A stretch of 50,847 bases of DNA from Octopus bimaculoides (lineage: Eukaryota). The notes beneath the pieces were generated by a model. That model did not search any database and was not told the origin of the DNA. It worked only from the letters and a program-made list of their open reading frames with translations. Numbering within the stretch: position 1 is the stretch's first letter; each line of letters begins with the position of its first letter. The position numbers were made by a program, and so were the translations under genes. The stretch is from NCBI RefSeq assembly GCF_001194135.2, contig NC_068983.1, forward strand, positions 58,859,176 to 58,910,022, in the 5' to 3' direction. Below are positions 1 through 12,078 of this stretch, piece after piece.

Positions 1-323
1 GAGCGTGGCCGTTGCTAGTACCGCCTGACTGGCTCCTGTAGGATTTTCGAGCGAGATCGTTGCCAGTGCCCCTGGACTGGCTTGTGCGGGTGGCACATAA
101 AAGACACCATTTCGAGCGTGGCCGTTTTCGTGCGGGTGACATGTAAAAGCACCCACTACACTCTCTGAGTGGTTGGCGTTAGGAAGGGCATCCAGCTGTA
201 GAAACTCTGCCAAATTAGATTGGAACCTGGTGTAGCCATCCGGCTGCACCAGTCCTCAGTCAAATCGTCCAACCCATGCTAGCATGGAAAGCGGACGTTA
301 AACGATGATGATGATGATGATGA
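1..323 (+). mobile_element. SINE-like repeat, family D ((GAT)n tail, internal ~50-65 bp modules), 5' end outside window
   Basis: Ends ...ccatgctagcatggaaagcggacgttaaacgatgatgat. The same body recurs at about 2745-2960, 4670-5270(-), 11560-11700(-), 14130-14480(-), 17300-17630, 18950-19205, 22735-22945, 26320-26880, 28110-28305, 28800-28955(-), 29610-29800(-), 36925-37240(-), 39705-39940, 43830-44010, 44195-44650(-) and 47560-47918. Confidence 0.85.
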
Positions 324-391
324 TATATATATAAAGAGAGAAAAGGATAAAGAGAACAATGCCAAAGTTAGCAGTATATTTTATGGATAAA

Positions 392-440
392 GTCTTACAG
401 CTGTTTTAGGGAAAATCCAATGTATCCCTTCATTGGAGAC
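392..440 (-). ncRNA. Decayed type-I hammerhead-ribozyme-like motif
   Basis: Minus strand reads GTCT-CCAATGA-AGGGA-(loop)-TCCCT-AAAAC-AGCT-GTA-AGAC. Stems I, II and the palindromic stem III pair, but the core has three mismatches to CUGANGA/GAAA. Confidence 0.45.
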
Positions 441-853
441 AGAAATAGTAGAGGAATGGATTATTACATCTTTATGAGGAGAGTTGTGGTAGGAAGTGAG
501 AGTGATACGCTGAAAAAAGAAAGAAGAAACAGTACTTGGAGTGTAGCTTCATTCCAGCAGTAAACATCTATGTAAATAATCCTTGTGGGTATTTTCCGGA
601 GATAATTGTAGTAGCAAAGGTGGATATATGTCATATCGTGTCCGGAGTATACTGGGCGTTGTTTACTCAATGGATAGCCCAAATCAAGTGAGAGATGTGT
701 GTAGGGTAAAGAGGTCAAGTCTTAAGACAGGAAGGAAAGGGGAGAAAGAAGTAATTCAAGTGAGGAATAGTAGTGAGCAGTTGTATGGTCAGTTAATCTG
801 ACAGGACAGAGAGAGAGGTATAGGGAGTAAAAGGAAGAATGAGGGGGTGGAGG

Positions 854-1268
854 CATAAGTTTTGTAAGGAAGAAGGAGTGTGAGGAGGTAATGTGGAGAG
901 GTATTTATATGTGTAAATTGTCAGGCTATAAGTGGTGAAGGTGTAGGTGACGTTCTAAAAACAGTATTAAGGAAAATAGAAGAGAATAGAATTAGTAGTA
1001 ATATGTTCTAAAAATAGAGCTAAACTTAATTTCAGGATGGTAGAAGGTGGATCAGATGCTACCTAGAGTTGATTGAGCCTTCAAGTGATGGTGGTGTTAG
1101 TGGCAAGGAATTATAAAGGAAGTAAATTAGGAAAAAATATTTAGTAGTGATAGGATCTAAAATGAAATAAATCACCTACACCCTCACCACTTATAGCCTG
1201 ACAATTTACACATATAATTACCTCTCCACATTACCTCCTCACACTCCTTCTTCCTTACTAAACTTATG
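854..1268. repeat. 97-bp inverted repeat (854-950 / 1172-1268) with 221-bp spacer
   Basis: cataagttttgtaaggaagaaggagtgtgagg...gtgtaggtga and its reverse complement tcacctacaccctcacc...aaacttatg match with only a few mismatches. Confidence 0.9.
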
Positions 1269-1659
1269 AGGTTTTACAAGGTTGGATTGGAAATCTTACC
1301 TTAACTTCTTTTAGCCGCCCTTTACAACATGCAGAGAAAACAAAGTGTCTATTCTTTGACATGCTGGTCCCTACACAGTATTATAAATAATAGTTGGAAA
1401 GAATGTCTTGCAACCTCTTCAGAAATAAATAGTTTACTCTCTAAATAATGTTGCAATTATCTGGAAAGGTGATAGTCAGGTGGAGCAAGGCCAAAAGAGT
1501 AAGGAAGATGTAACAAAACTTCCATATTTAGTACCATAATCTTTTCCTAAACGACTAGCACATCTTTTAGACTTGCATTATTGAGAAAGAGTACTGAGCT
1601 GGCAGAAATGTTAGCATGACGGGCAAAATGCTAAGTGGTATTTCGTCCAGGGATTCTTT

Positions 1660-1935
1660 AAGGATCCTTGCTCCCTCTACTATGCAAAGCTTGCATCGTT
1701 CACTCCCGTTTATGGCATTTCTATAATCCTCCATTTAATTTTGTATGGGGTTCCTTCATCCTTAAGGTGCCACACATGGCTGGCCAGGGACATGACATAC
1801 CGTCTTTTCAGAACCCTGAAAGAGGACCTGTGGTTGTATAGATGCCACTTAAAGACAGTTCTAGCTGACCGAATATATCTCTGAACTTGAGTGCCGGTTG
1901 TGTTCATTGACTTCCGTCAATTCATTTGACTAAAA
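1660..1935 (-). mobile_element. Penelope-like element, GIY-YIG endonuclease fragment (frameshifted)
   Basis: ORF 1710-1907 gives YIRSARTVFKWHLYNHRSSFR...LASHVWHLKDEGTPYKIKWRII, then after a frameshift INGSERCKLCIVEG. This matches the PLE endonuclease pattern YIG...F K.R..NH..SF...L..H.W.LK....Y.I.W.I...C.LC..E. Confidence 0.8.
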
Positions 1936-3025
1936 TGTCTTCATTGCCATGCCCCAGCATGACTGCAGTTTAATGAGTAAAACAAGTAAAAAATTATATA
2001 TACATACATACACACCTTTTGCTTATACATATTTATATATATTTATCTTATACTTATACATGTGTGTATATATATATATATATTTATCTTTTACTTACAT
2101 ACATACATACATATATACATACATATATACATACATACATATATATATATATATGTATGTATATATGTATGTTTATGTACATATATATAATACTAATATT
2201 AATTCTGATAAGTATGATGATGACAATGATGTTGATAACAATTTCATGAACAGAATCCCACACATTAATGCCCTCAAGCTACAGTAAATAAAGTAAGAAT
2301 GAAATTAAATATAGAGAATTAGAGAAAGTAATTCAATTTCTCATAAGGTTATTAATTTTTCTTTTCAAATTAATATGCATCAACAAATAATTTAATGGAT
2401 TTTCAGTAAGTACAGCTCGAAAACTTATAAATAGCAGCAATGTATTTTCAAACAAAGTGGAAGATACTGGAGTGAGTGACCAGAATTGGAAATTAATGTC
2501 TGTTAAATTTCTTTGAGTCAAATGGATATTTCAGGATTAGAAGAATTCCCTTGAAAAATTTATATTTTCAACCCTTTGTACTCCAAGTGAGATGGTTGAT
2601 ATTCATTTTCAATGTATTTCAGTGATTGAGGTATCTGTGTATCAACAAGACGCCTATATCTGTTCCCCCTGTGTCTTAAATTCCTCAAATGGCACAAAGC
2701 CACATCTCTTCAATACTATCCCTCCACCTTCTAGAAGAGGGGACTTTGTCTTGCAAGATTGGTGACCCTGTTGGGGATGGTGCTGGAAAAAGGACTGGTA
2801 ATGGCACAACATAAAGAAGCACTGGTGTTGGTGCCACATAAAAAGCACCCAGTGCACTTTGTAAAGCAGTTGGCATTATAAAGAGCATCCAGTTGTAGAA
2901 ACCATGCCAAGACAGATAGCTGAAGCCTGGTGCAGCCCTCCTGTCAAACCATCCGACTGGTGCCAGCTCAGAATTGGAATATTTGCTTTGAAGTATTGTA
3001 TATTAACCCTCTATGCTGTGAATAG

Positions 3026-3412
3026 TGGAGGTGCAATGGCCCAGTGGTTAGGGCAGCAGATTCGCAGTCATGGATTGCGGTTTCGATTCCCAGACCGGGC
3101 GTTGTGAATGTTTATTGAGCAAAAACACCTAAAGCTCCATGAGGCTCCGGCAGGGGATGGTGGCGAACCCTGCTGTACTCTTTCACCACAACTTTCTCTC
3201 ACTCTTTCTTCCTGTTTCTGTTATACCTGTATTTCAAAGGGTCAGCCTTGTCATATTCTGTGTCATGCTGAATATCCCCGAGAACTACGTTAGGGGTACA
3301 CTTGTCTGTGGAGTGCTCAGCCACTTGCACGTTAATTTCACGAGCAGGCTGTTCTGTTGATCAGATCAACTGGAACCCTCGACATCATAAACGATGGAGT
3401 GCCAACAACAAC
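3026..3412 (+). mobile_element. tRNA(Arg)-derived SINE, family E, near full length
   Basis: A-box TGGCCCAGTGG, B-box GGTTTCGATTCCC, TCG at the anticodon position and a (CAA)n tail. A second full copy lies at 43069-43459(-), with fragments at about 16065-16170 and 35430-35690. tRNA-Arg-derived SINEs (OR1/OR2) are known from octopus; the exact family name is not verified. Confidence 0.8.
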
Positions 3413-3649
3413 ATACTGTGAATAAGATGGTTGATATCTTTCATTCCCAATGTTTTTTGATGACTGTTAACAGGACTGGAGGCAGATTAGTTAATAAATA
3501 GCGTGGGTAGTAAGATGACACAAACTAGTTCAAAAATTTAGATTTTGGTTAGGAAGCTGAACATCAAAACAACAATTACATCAGCCTTGGAGTGTCTGTG
3601 AAAGTCATGAACATAGTTCTTAAACATTAAATTATATACTAATTCTTTT

Positions 3650-3905
3650 TCTTTCTTTTTTTTTAAATGAAATTGATAGTTTTATTTACATAAAGACTGA
3701 ACCAAAGTTTTATTACAAGGAATCCAAAAAAAAAAGGAAGAATAAAAGGAGAATTAAGCAGTAAAAGATGACAGGCGAGAGAGAGAGTAGTGGGTTATAC
3801 ACCCCAGGACAAATGGTATGACCCACACCCTGCAGACATGACTACAATGGCATTGCTTCAGAAAATGGTCATCGACACTTGCTGCAGCAACCACCCCACC
3901 TCATG
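3650..3905 (-). mobile_element. Possible L1/Tx1-type LINE 3' end with poly(A) tail
   Basis: The minus strand has AATAAA motifs followed by an A-run (T-run at about 3650-3665 on +). No diagnostic protein motif was recognised. Confidence 0.3.
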
Positions 3906-4169
3906 GGTCTTATTTCTTACAACAGGCACAAGGTCTACAATTTCAGGGAAAGGGGCTATATGATTACCCTAATAAATATGGGTTAGCAAGTTTGCCTTAA
4001 ACAAAACTCCAAATAATGATACATTACTGCAGCAGCGTACAAATTCACTGCCAACCGTCCATATATACCTTCAATGTGAACAATACAATTTCTGCAAAAG
4101 TCACTCATTAGAAGTAAACAGTGAAAGCTATAGGAAGTCTAAATGAGGGGGAAAAAATGAAAGGTTCAA

Positions 4170-4308
4170 GAGTGGCTGTGTGGTAAGTAGCTTGCCTACC
4201 AACGACATGGTTCCGGGTTCAGGCCCACTGCGTGGTACCTTGGGCAAGTGTCTTCTACTATAGCCTCGGGCCGACCAAAGCCTTGTGAGTGGATTTGGTA
4301 GACGGCAG
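4170..4308 (+). mobile_element. tRNA-derived SINE, family A
   Basis: gagtggctgtgtggtaag...ggttccgggttcaggcccactg...aaagccttgtgagtggatttggtagacgg. Other copies at about 4340-4483(-), 12865-13030, 15975-16060(-), 23675-23842(-), 34195-34335(-), 38905-39045, 40695-40845(-), 42325-42478, 44665-44810(-) and 48488-48545(-). Confidence 0.85.
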
Positions 4309-4669
4309 CTTCAAAATGATTTCTTAAGTGATAAACTTCTTTTAGTTTCTATCAACCAAATTCACCACTCACAAGGGTTTGGTCAGCCCTGGGCTATAGT
4401 AGCAGATACCTACTCAAACTGCCACACAGTGAGACTAAACCCAAAACCATGGCAGGGAAAGAAACTTCTTAGCCACACAGCCACATACATATATCTCCAT
4501 GAAATATATATNNNNNNNNNNNNNNNNNNNNNNNNNNNNNNNNNNNNNNNNNNNNNNNNNNNNNNNNNNNNNNNNNNNNNNNNNNNNNNNNGTTGGTGTG
4601 TGTTTGTGTCTCCTGGTTTTGAAATTGGATGACAACTGTAAATGATTGTCAGACATACAAACATTATCA

Positions 4670-5270
4670 TCGTCATCGTTTAACGTCTGCTATCCATGCT
4701 GGCATGGGTTGGACGGTTTGACTGAGGGCTGGCAAGCCAAAAGGCTACTCCAGGCTCCAATCTGATCTGGCAAAGTTTCTACAGCTGGATGCCCTTCCTA
4801 ACACCAACCACTCCAAGAGTGTAGTGGGTGCTTTTTACGTGCCACCAGCACAAGGGCCTGTCAGGTAGTACTGGCATCGACCACGTTTGAATGGAGCTTT
4901 TTACATGTCACTGGCACAGGTGCCAGTCAAGCAGCACTGACATCAACCATCTTTATATGGTGCCTTTTGCATGCCACAGGTACGGGAGCCAGTCAGGTGA
5001 CACTGGCATTGACCACGCTCAAATGATGCTTTTTACGTACCACAAGTACAGAACCAGTCAGCTGGCACTGGCATCGACCCTGCTTGAATGGTGCTCTTTA
5101 CGTGCCACAGGTACAGGACCAGTCAGCTGGTACTGGCATTGACCATACTCAAATGGTGCTTTTTACATGCCACAGCTACGAGATCAGTCAGTCGGCACTG
5201 GCAACAACCACGCTCGAATGGTGATTTTTACATGCCACAGGTACGGGAGCCAGTCAGGTGGCATTAGCAA
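4670..5270 (-). mobile_element. SINE family D copy with about 7 tandem ~64-bp internal modules
   Basis: The module gccagtcagg/ctggcactggcat(c/t)gaccacgctc(a/g)aatggtgctttttac(a/g)tgccacagg repeats across 4850-5270. Confidence 0.8.
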
Positions 5271-6769
5271 TGAACACACAGTGTCATTTATCTCCAATCT
5301 TCTTTGGAAACATGTCTGGTCATGGGATAATGTCCCCTTGATTGGAGACAAGTAGAAGTTGGCAGCAGGAAGAGCATCCAGCCATAGAACATCTGTCTCA
5401 GCAAATTCCATCTGAACCATGCAAGCACAGAAAACATTAATGTAATAATGATGATAAATATGATAATGAATAATCAAAAATACATCCAACAATTTTAAGA
5501 TACACAACATTAATTGAATGTTGTTTAGAATATAAAGCTAAGTTTCTCGTTAAGATAAAGCTAAAGGTTACATAGGTTTAATCAGTGATTTGATGTTTGG
5601 TTAATAGATAATCTCTACTTAGTTTTAGAATGGAACAATTTGATGTCAACCCATATTCATTCACCAATATCTTTCCCTACATCATTCTCTCTCTATCTTT
5701 CTCTCCATCTTTTTCTCCATCTCTTTCTCTCTCTCTCTCTCACTTTTAGTTCTTGATTTCTTCACATCACCTTTAAATGGTGTCAACTTGTTAAACTTCA
5801 TGTTTACTTTTCCATAAATTCATCTGCGTAAAGGTAACAATGGAGACATTAAAAATAACAAAAACCAAACAAGAGAAACTACCGTTTATAAAAGAAAATA
5901 AAGAGGATTGATTGAAAACACCACCACAAGACAATATTGGTTATTGATTGGAGTCAATGTTTGATATTGATTGCTGCCATAATCCCTGTGGTGATTCTAC
6001 AGTTGTTCCGTTCAATAGTAAGTTGAAAAGATTCCTCTCTGACAAAAGAGAATGTTTCCTGTGACCTCTGGGGTGAAATAATATTGAAAGAGTTATCACA
6101 AGTGAGGTATATTTTTCATTTAAGAATTGGAGTATCGTAATATAAAGTAAACAAGCTCAAACATGAAATGTATTGACAATATAAGAAAGATATGACAAAT
6201 GATAATATAAATGAAAAAAAGAGAGAGATTTTGACAAATGATTATTATAAACAGGAAGAGATATGTGACAAATGGCTATTATAAACCAGAAGATGAAAGA
6301 TGTGAGAAAAGATGTGACCCATATCACTGTAATGTAAGAAATATGTCCTGTTCTGGTACCTTTTTCCATGCTTTAACCTTTTGGCTTGTAGCATAAAGCA
6401 GTCTCTCTTTCTATTGTGGCCCCATTCAATCAAGCAGGATTGATATAAACAAAGTTTAATATAAACCAGAAGGAAAGAATGTGTGATAAAAGATTTCAAA
6501 TTTTGGCAAGAGGCCAGCAATTTCATGTGAAGGGGTAAGTTGATTACACTGACCCCCAATGCTCAACTGGTACTTATTTTATTTACCCCCAAAAGGCTGA
6601 AAGGCAAAGTCGACTGCAGAGACGTTTGAACTCAGAAAATAAAGTCAAAAGAAATGCCACAAAACATTTTGTTTGAGGTAGTAGCGATTCTGCAAGCTTG
6701 CTGCTTTGACAAAAGATTAATATAAAGCAGAAGCAAGAAGAGACAGATTAATATGAATTAGATGAATGA

Positions 6770-7915
6770 TGTAATGAAAGGTTAATATAAATTGGAAGAA
6801 AGATGCATGCTTGATGTTGGTCCTGCCATAACTGGGCCTAATTTTAAATCAGACAGTTTGGGAATCTTTACATATGATGTATGGAGGATTTTTAAGCTAT
6901 TATAGATTCCTTTAGATTTATGAATTTCTGGTAGTTCATAAAAATTGTTTGTTAATACTGCCAAAATTAATAAAGCAATCTAACTCCTTTTCTGTCAAAT
7001 CTCTTTATAATTTGTTCATTTACCAATTTTATTGCTTGTTTATCTGCAAACATTTCAAATTAGTTTTTGTAGAAATGTTGGTCATTTAGTTGTTCTAAAA
7101 GCATTTCTGAGTAATAGTTTTTGTCCATTATTACAATGGCTCCTCTTTTGCCAGCATCTTTAATGACTAGAGAAGAACCTTTCAGTAAACATTCAAATGT
7201 TTTTTACTCTTCAGACACATTATATATTACTCTAAGTGTTTATTCCAATTCATTGAAGGCTTAAATCTCATTTGTTTTTTTACAACTAATGGATCTTTGT
7301 AATCCCTTTTTTGCAGAATTTCTGGATACAAAATTTTTCTACAAAATACCTCAGTATCTTTTTTAAGATTTGTTATCATGTTTTGGAATTGGTATGGATA
7401 TTTCAAATACTTTGTTTCATTTTTTTTATGATATCGTATTAGAACAAGTTAATTACTTTTGGATCAGTTGGTTTGGCATTTTCTTCATTCTTTGGATTAT
7501 AAATGTTTTGTTCAGGATTTCTCCTTCCAAAAAAACAGTTTTGTTTTGTGAGTAATATGTACACCTTCTTTCTTTTCTTTTTTTTTTTTGGTGGTGGGGG
7601 GGGAGAACAAGTAGGGTTTCCACTTGTTGATTTTATTGTTATATCACCTTTTTCCTGTATGTAGACTTGTTTTTGATAGATTTTATACCGTTTCCTTTTG
7701 TCTATTTTGATCTATTCTTCCTTATTGTTTGGAAGTGTTTTATGGNNNNNNNNNNACTGAATTTCTGTTTTTTTCCTTTTTTTTTTTTTCTGCATATGAG
7801 GGTTTATGGTTTGTCACCCTTCTAATATTTTTTTTTTAATCCAAATTTTAAGTTATTTCAGAATGTTTGCTGGTTATAGTTCCTGCTGTTCTGAAGTTGA
7901 TTTTTAAGATTTTCA
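6770..7915 (-). mobile_element. Penelope-like element, decayed RT ORF (N-terminal part)
   Basis: The minus strand encodes SLVIKDAGKRGAIVIMDKNYY (cf. IK.ADKG..VVIMD) near 7110-7180 and FYELPEIHK...LKLGPVMAGPTSS..SSNL (cf. FYGLPKIHK...LRPIVAGP) in ORF 6782-6964, with many stops and frameshifts. Confidence 0.8.
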
Positions 7916-7917
7916 GA

Positions 7918-8178
7918 CAGGGTGTTCAAAAAGTCCCTCCGCAGTGAATTTTTTTCATTCTGATTCTCCAAGAGTCAGACTCTCCAAGATGTATTTCAAA
8001 ACACGTGTAGAAGAGTCAACTTCTGTATTGAAAATGAAGGACAACACTTTCAACTCCTCTTATAAAGTTTTTTAAAGTCTTGTAAAGTCTAATATATTCT
8101 TTTGTAGTCTTATACCATCTTATAAATATTTATTTTGCAATAAAATACTTACTGTGGATAGACTTTTTGAACACTCTG
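7918..8178 (+). mobile_element. Tc1/mariner-type MITE (internal deletion derivative)
   Basis: TIRs of about 28 bp: CAGGGTGTTCAAAAAGTCCCTCCGCAGT / ACTGTGGATAGACTTTTTGAACACTCTG, with TA on the right flank. An internal remnant RRVNFCIENEGQHF resembles a Tc1 transposase C-terminus. Confidence 0.75.
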
Positions 8179-8716
8179 TATCTTGTTTTTAAAATTCCTG
8201 TTATCAGGATTCTTTGTCAGATTTCCCAATGCAGTGCCCCACAATGGTCACAGTCTAATCACTAAAACAAGTAAAAGATAAACAACGAAAGAATTGCAAT
8301 CTCTGAGACAGGTTTCTTTTCACTGAAACACATTTTCATTTTTAGATATTTCTTTCGTTGGAGGTAATGGTAAAATGGAGAGGTTCTTATCAAGATATAT
8401 TGATGCCATAAACTGAAGGATAGTTGATCATTAGTGTCTTGGAGTCATGAAGAGAAGAATAATCAATCCACAGTTTCATCTTTTTATTTTTTTTTTTGTT
8501 TTACATGATTCAGTCATTGGATTGTTGCCATCCTTCGCCACCACCTTGAAGGATTTTACTTGAACAAATTATTTCCAGTATTTAGTTAAAGCCTTGTACT
8601 CATTCTGTCAGTCTCTTTTCCTGAACTGCTAATTTACTGGGATGTGAACAAACCAACACCGGTTGTCAAGATGTGGTGAGGAACACACACATACACTCAC
8701 AAACAACAAACACAGT

Positions 8717-8769
<53 letters not shown>

Positions 8770-9244
8770 GAAAGATGGGTGACAAGCTGAGTTTATTTGG
8801 TAAATATATAAGAAGAAAAAGCCTTGATGATTTGATCCACATTGGAAACTGAAAGGAAGCAGTCTGGTCTGAAAGAATCAGAAAATATTTGATGGCTTTG
8901 TTTGCTGAAAGGCTATCACTATCTTAGTAAGATTGGTTCGAAACAGAAAGGTGGAGGCATTTCTATGATTGCAGGTATTTGTAAGTATGGCACATGTAGA
9001 AGGTGGTGGTGGAGATGGAGAGAGAGAGACCAACGGAAAGTGGAACAGGAACATGAGGAACATGATGATGATGATGATGATGATGGTGACACAGGCTAGG
9101 TATCTTGTTGCCATCTCCAGACTAGCAAAGTGAACTCGGTTTTATCAATGCAAAATAATGAAATACTATTGCACAGGCATAACAACATAGTAAAATGTTT
9201 GCTTCCCAACCACATGGTTCTGGGTTCTGTCCTACTGTGTCGAT

Positions 9245-9625
9245 TAGATCAACCCAGTATGCAACTGGTACTTAATTTATTGACCCCCAAAAGGATGAAA
9301 GGCAAAATTGACCTTGGCGGAATTTGAACTCAGAACGTATAGACAGACGAATACCGCTAAGCATTTCGCTCAGTGTGCTAATGTTTCTGCCAGCTCACCA
9401 CCTTAAAATAATCTTTTCTACTACAGACACAAGGCCCAAACTTTGGGGAGAGGGGACCAGTCGATTAGATTGACCCCCAGTATGCAACTAATACTTAATT
9501 TATTGACCCTGAAAGGATCCAGAGCAAAGTTGATCTCAGTGGAATTTGAACTCAGAACATCAAGACAGATGAAATACCGCTCAGCATTTTTACCAGCATG
9601 GTAATATTTCTGTCAGCTTGCTGTC
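9245..9625 (-). mobile_element. Two tandem SINE family B copies
   Basis: Reverse complement of the ...gcttagcggtatt..tc(g)tctgtct..acgttctgagttcaaattccgcc...aattaagtaccag body occurs twice. Other copies at about 1595-1655, 6495-6705, 14500-14670, 15040-15280, 18685-18895, 20762-21190, 24800-25915 and 26175-26295. Confidence 0.85.
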
Positions 9626-9995
9626 TTAAAGCTAGTAAGTAATAATGCTGTAAAAATATTTGTTCGATTGGTAGGTTAGCGTCTATGTAGAATATTGTAG
9701 CTGGGTGTGATTTAAAAGTGTTTGGAATAGAATGTATCAGAGAATAGAATATACTAGAAAAGAAAGTCCTACAATACAAGGAACTAGACATAGTTTCAAA
9801 GAACAATAATTAATCTTGGAATATCAGCATCAATAATATATATGACTGTTGGAACTTACCGAAATATCTAGGACATAGTAATGAAGAATAAAAATTGATG
9901 CAAACAGAAAGCAAATAGACAAACTATATAGATAAACTGTATATTTATAAATAGATATATACATACATGTGTATTTGTGTATTATGTGAATATAT

Positions 9996-10027
<32 letters not shown>

Positions 10028-10750
10028 NNNNNNNNNNNNNNNNNNNNNNNNNNNNNNNNNNNNNNNNNNNNNNNNNNNNNNNNNNNNNNNNNNNNNNNNN
10101 NNNNNNNNNNNNNNNNNNNNNNNNNNNNNNNNNNNNNNNNNNNNNNNNNNNNNNNNNNNNNNNNNNNNNNNNNNNNNNNNNNNNNNNNNNNNNNNNNNNN
10201 NNNNNNNNNNNNNNNNNNNNNNNNNNNNNNNNNNNNNNNNNNNNNNNNNNNNNNNNNNNNNNNNNNNNNNNNNNNNNNNNNNNNNNNNNNNNNNNNNNNN
10301 NNNNNNNNNNNNNNNNNNNNNNNNNNNNNNNNNNNNNNNNNNNNNNNNNNNNNNNNNNNNNNNNNNNNNNNNNNNNNNNNNNNNNNNNNNNNNNNNNNNN
10401 NNNNNNNNNNNNNNNNNNNNNNNNNNNNNNNNNNNNNNNNNNNNNNNNNNNNNNNNNNNNNNNNNNNNNNNNNNNNNNNNNNNNNNNNNNNNNNNNNNNN
10501 NNNNNNNNNNNNNNNNNNNNNNNNNNNNNNNNNNNNNNNNNNNNNNNNNNNNNNNNNNNNNNNNNNNNNNNNNNNNNNNNNNNNNNNNNNNNNNNNNNNN
10601 NNNNNNNNNNNNNNNNNNNNNNNNNNNNNNNNNNNNNNNNNNNNNNNNNNNNNNNNNNNNNNNNNNNNNNNNNNNNNNNNNNNNNNNNNNNNNNNNNNNN
10701 NNNNNNNNNNNNNNNNNNNNNNNNNNNNNNNNNNNNNNNNNNNNNNNNNN
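10028..10750. other. Assembly gap (largest of many N runs)
   Basis: N run. Other gaps include about 4512-4591, 22494-22677, 22946-23488, 31475-31816, 34916-35101, 42211-42308 and 49641-50060; nearly all are bordered by microsatellites. Confidence 1.
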
Positions 10751-10791
<41 letters not shown>

Positions 10792-12078
10792 CACATACAT
10801 ATATATACAGAGAGAGAGAATGAAACTAAGATAGATTAAGGGAGAAGTAATGGTGGTAGGTGAAGTGAGGTTGAACCGGGAAAAAAAACATAAAAAAGAG
10901 ATGAAAATGAGTTATGTTTTTTCTTAATGTGACAATATTGAGCAAGTTGTAGAAAGTTGCATGACTCTTGTCTGAAGTCCATCATCTGTTGTACATTTAA
11001 TATGCTCTGAAAAATAAATATTGGACAAGATTCTTCACTAGAACTATTCTGGTACCTCAGAATTCCAAGTCATATCCTCTCCAGGTTTCATTTTGTCTTT
11101 CGTCCCTCTGGTGGTGGAGATTAAATTGATACCTGTAGCTTTTCTAGAATTGATTCTATCGACTGAAAAACTCTGTTCTTGGCAAGAGATATTTATATTC
11201 TTCTTGACCAAGAGGGGATAAAATGAAATTAGATCTTTGTTTACTTAGGGATTTGCTTTGTTGTTTTCTTACTTTTATCATTTTAAACACATTCCTCCAT
11301 GTGTGTGTGTGTGTAATATGTTTTGCTTGTTTTAGCTATTAGACTGTGCTCATGCTGGGGCACTGCCTTGAGGAATTCTAATTGAATGAGTAAATCCCAG
11401 TATTTTTGTCTTTTTTTTTTGTTTTGAGCCTGTTACTTATTCTGTCAGTTTCTTATTCTGAACCACTAAGTTATCGGAACATATACATACCAACACCAGT
11501 TGTCAAGCAGAGGTGGTGGGATAAATACAAGCAGAAGACACGCACACGAATAGGTATATCATCATCATCATCATCATCGTTTAACGTCCGCTTTCCACGC
11601 TAGCATGGGTTGGATGATTTGATTGAGGACTGGCGAACCAGATGGCTAAAACCAGGCTCCAATCTGAAACTCTGATCTGGCAGAGTTTCAGATTGGAGCC
11701 TGATATATACATTTATATATGTGGGGTGGGGTGGGGTGGGGGAGATGTGTGTGTGCATTCTTTTACTTGTTTCAGTCAACTGACTGTGGNNNNNNNNNNN
11801 NNNNNNNNNNNNNNNNNNNNNNNNNNNNNNNNNNNNNNNCTACCGAACTACTAGGTTACATATGAGTGAGTATATATATACTCACAGTGGATATTAAATG
11901 ATGATGATGGTGATGATGATGATGATGAAATACACACACACACATACTTACATGCACACACATATGCACGCACACACACGCACGCACACACACACACACA
12001 CGCACACACACACACGCACGCACACACACACACATACATGCATGCATAGCTATGAGACTCTTATTTTTTTCATTGCAG

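Noticed and set aside
450-850. Purine-rich block as a PLE RT or endonuclease remnant (similar blocks at 16600-16920 and 30430-30970)
   Set aside because: Only vague similarity, with no motif I can match with confidence.
2330-2645. Possible retroelement RT thumb remnant
   Set aside because: Similarity is too weak and is interrupted by stops in every frame.
3026-3105. tRNA-Arg gene (also tRNA-like heads at 4170 and 43459)
   Set aside because: A and B boxes are present, but the head continues into a dispersed SINE body and lacks a proper acceptor stem.
9830-10839. Long ORFs spanning N gaps (also at 22.3-23.5, 31.3-31.9, 34.8-35.2, 42.1-42.5 and 49.6-50.1 kb)
   Set aside because: They are open only because of Ns and dinucleotide repeats.
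4039-11150. Minus-strand micro-exon candidates (near 4040-4062, 5807-5822, 9860-9867 and 11110-11139)
   Set aside because: AG/GT-bounded short segments are expected by chance in AT-rich DNA, and none has homology or a coherent chain.
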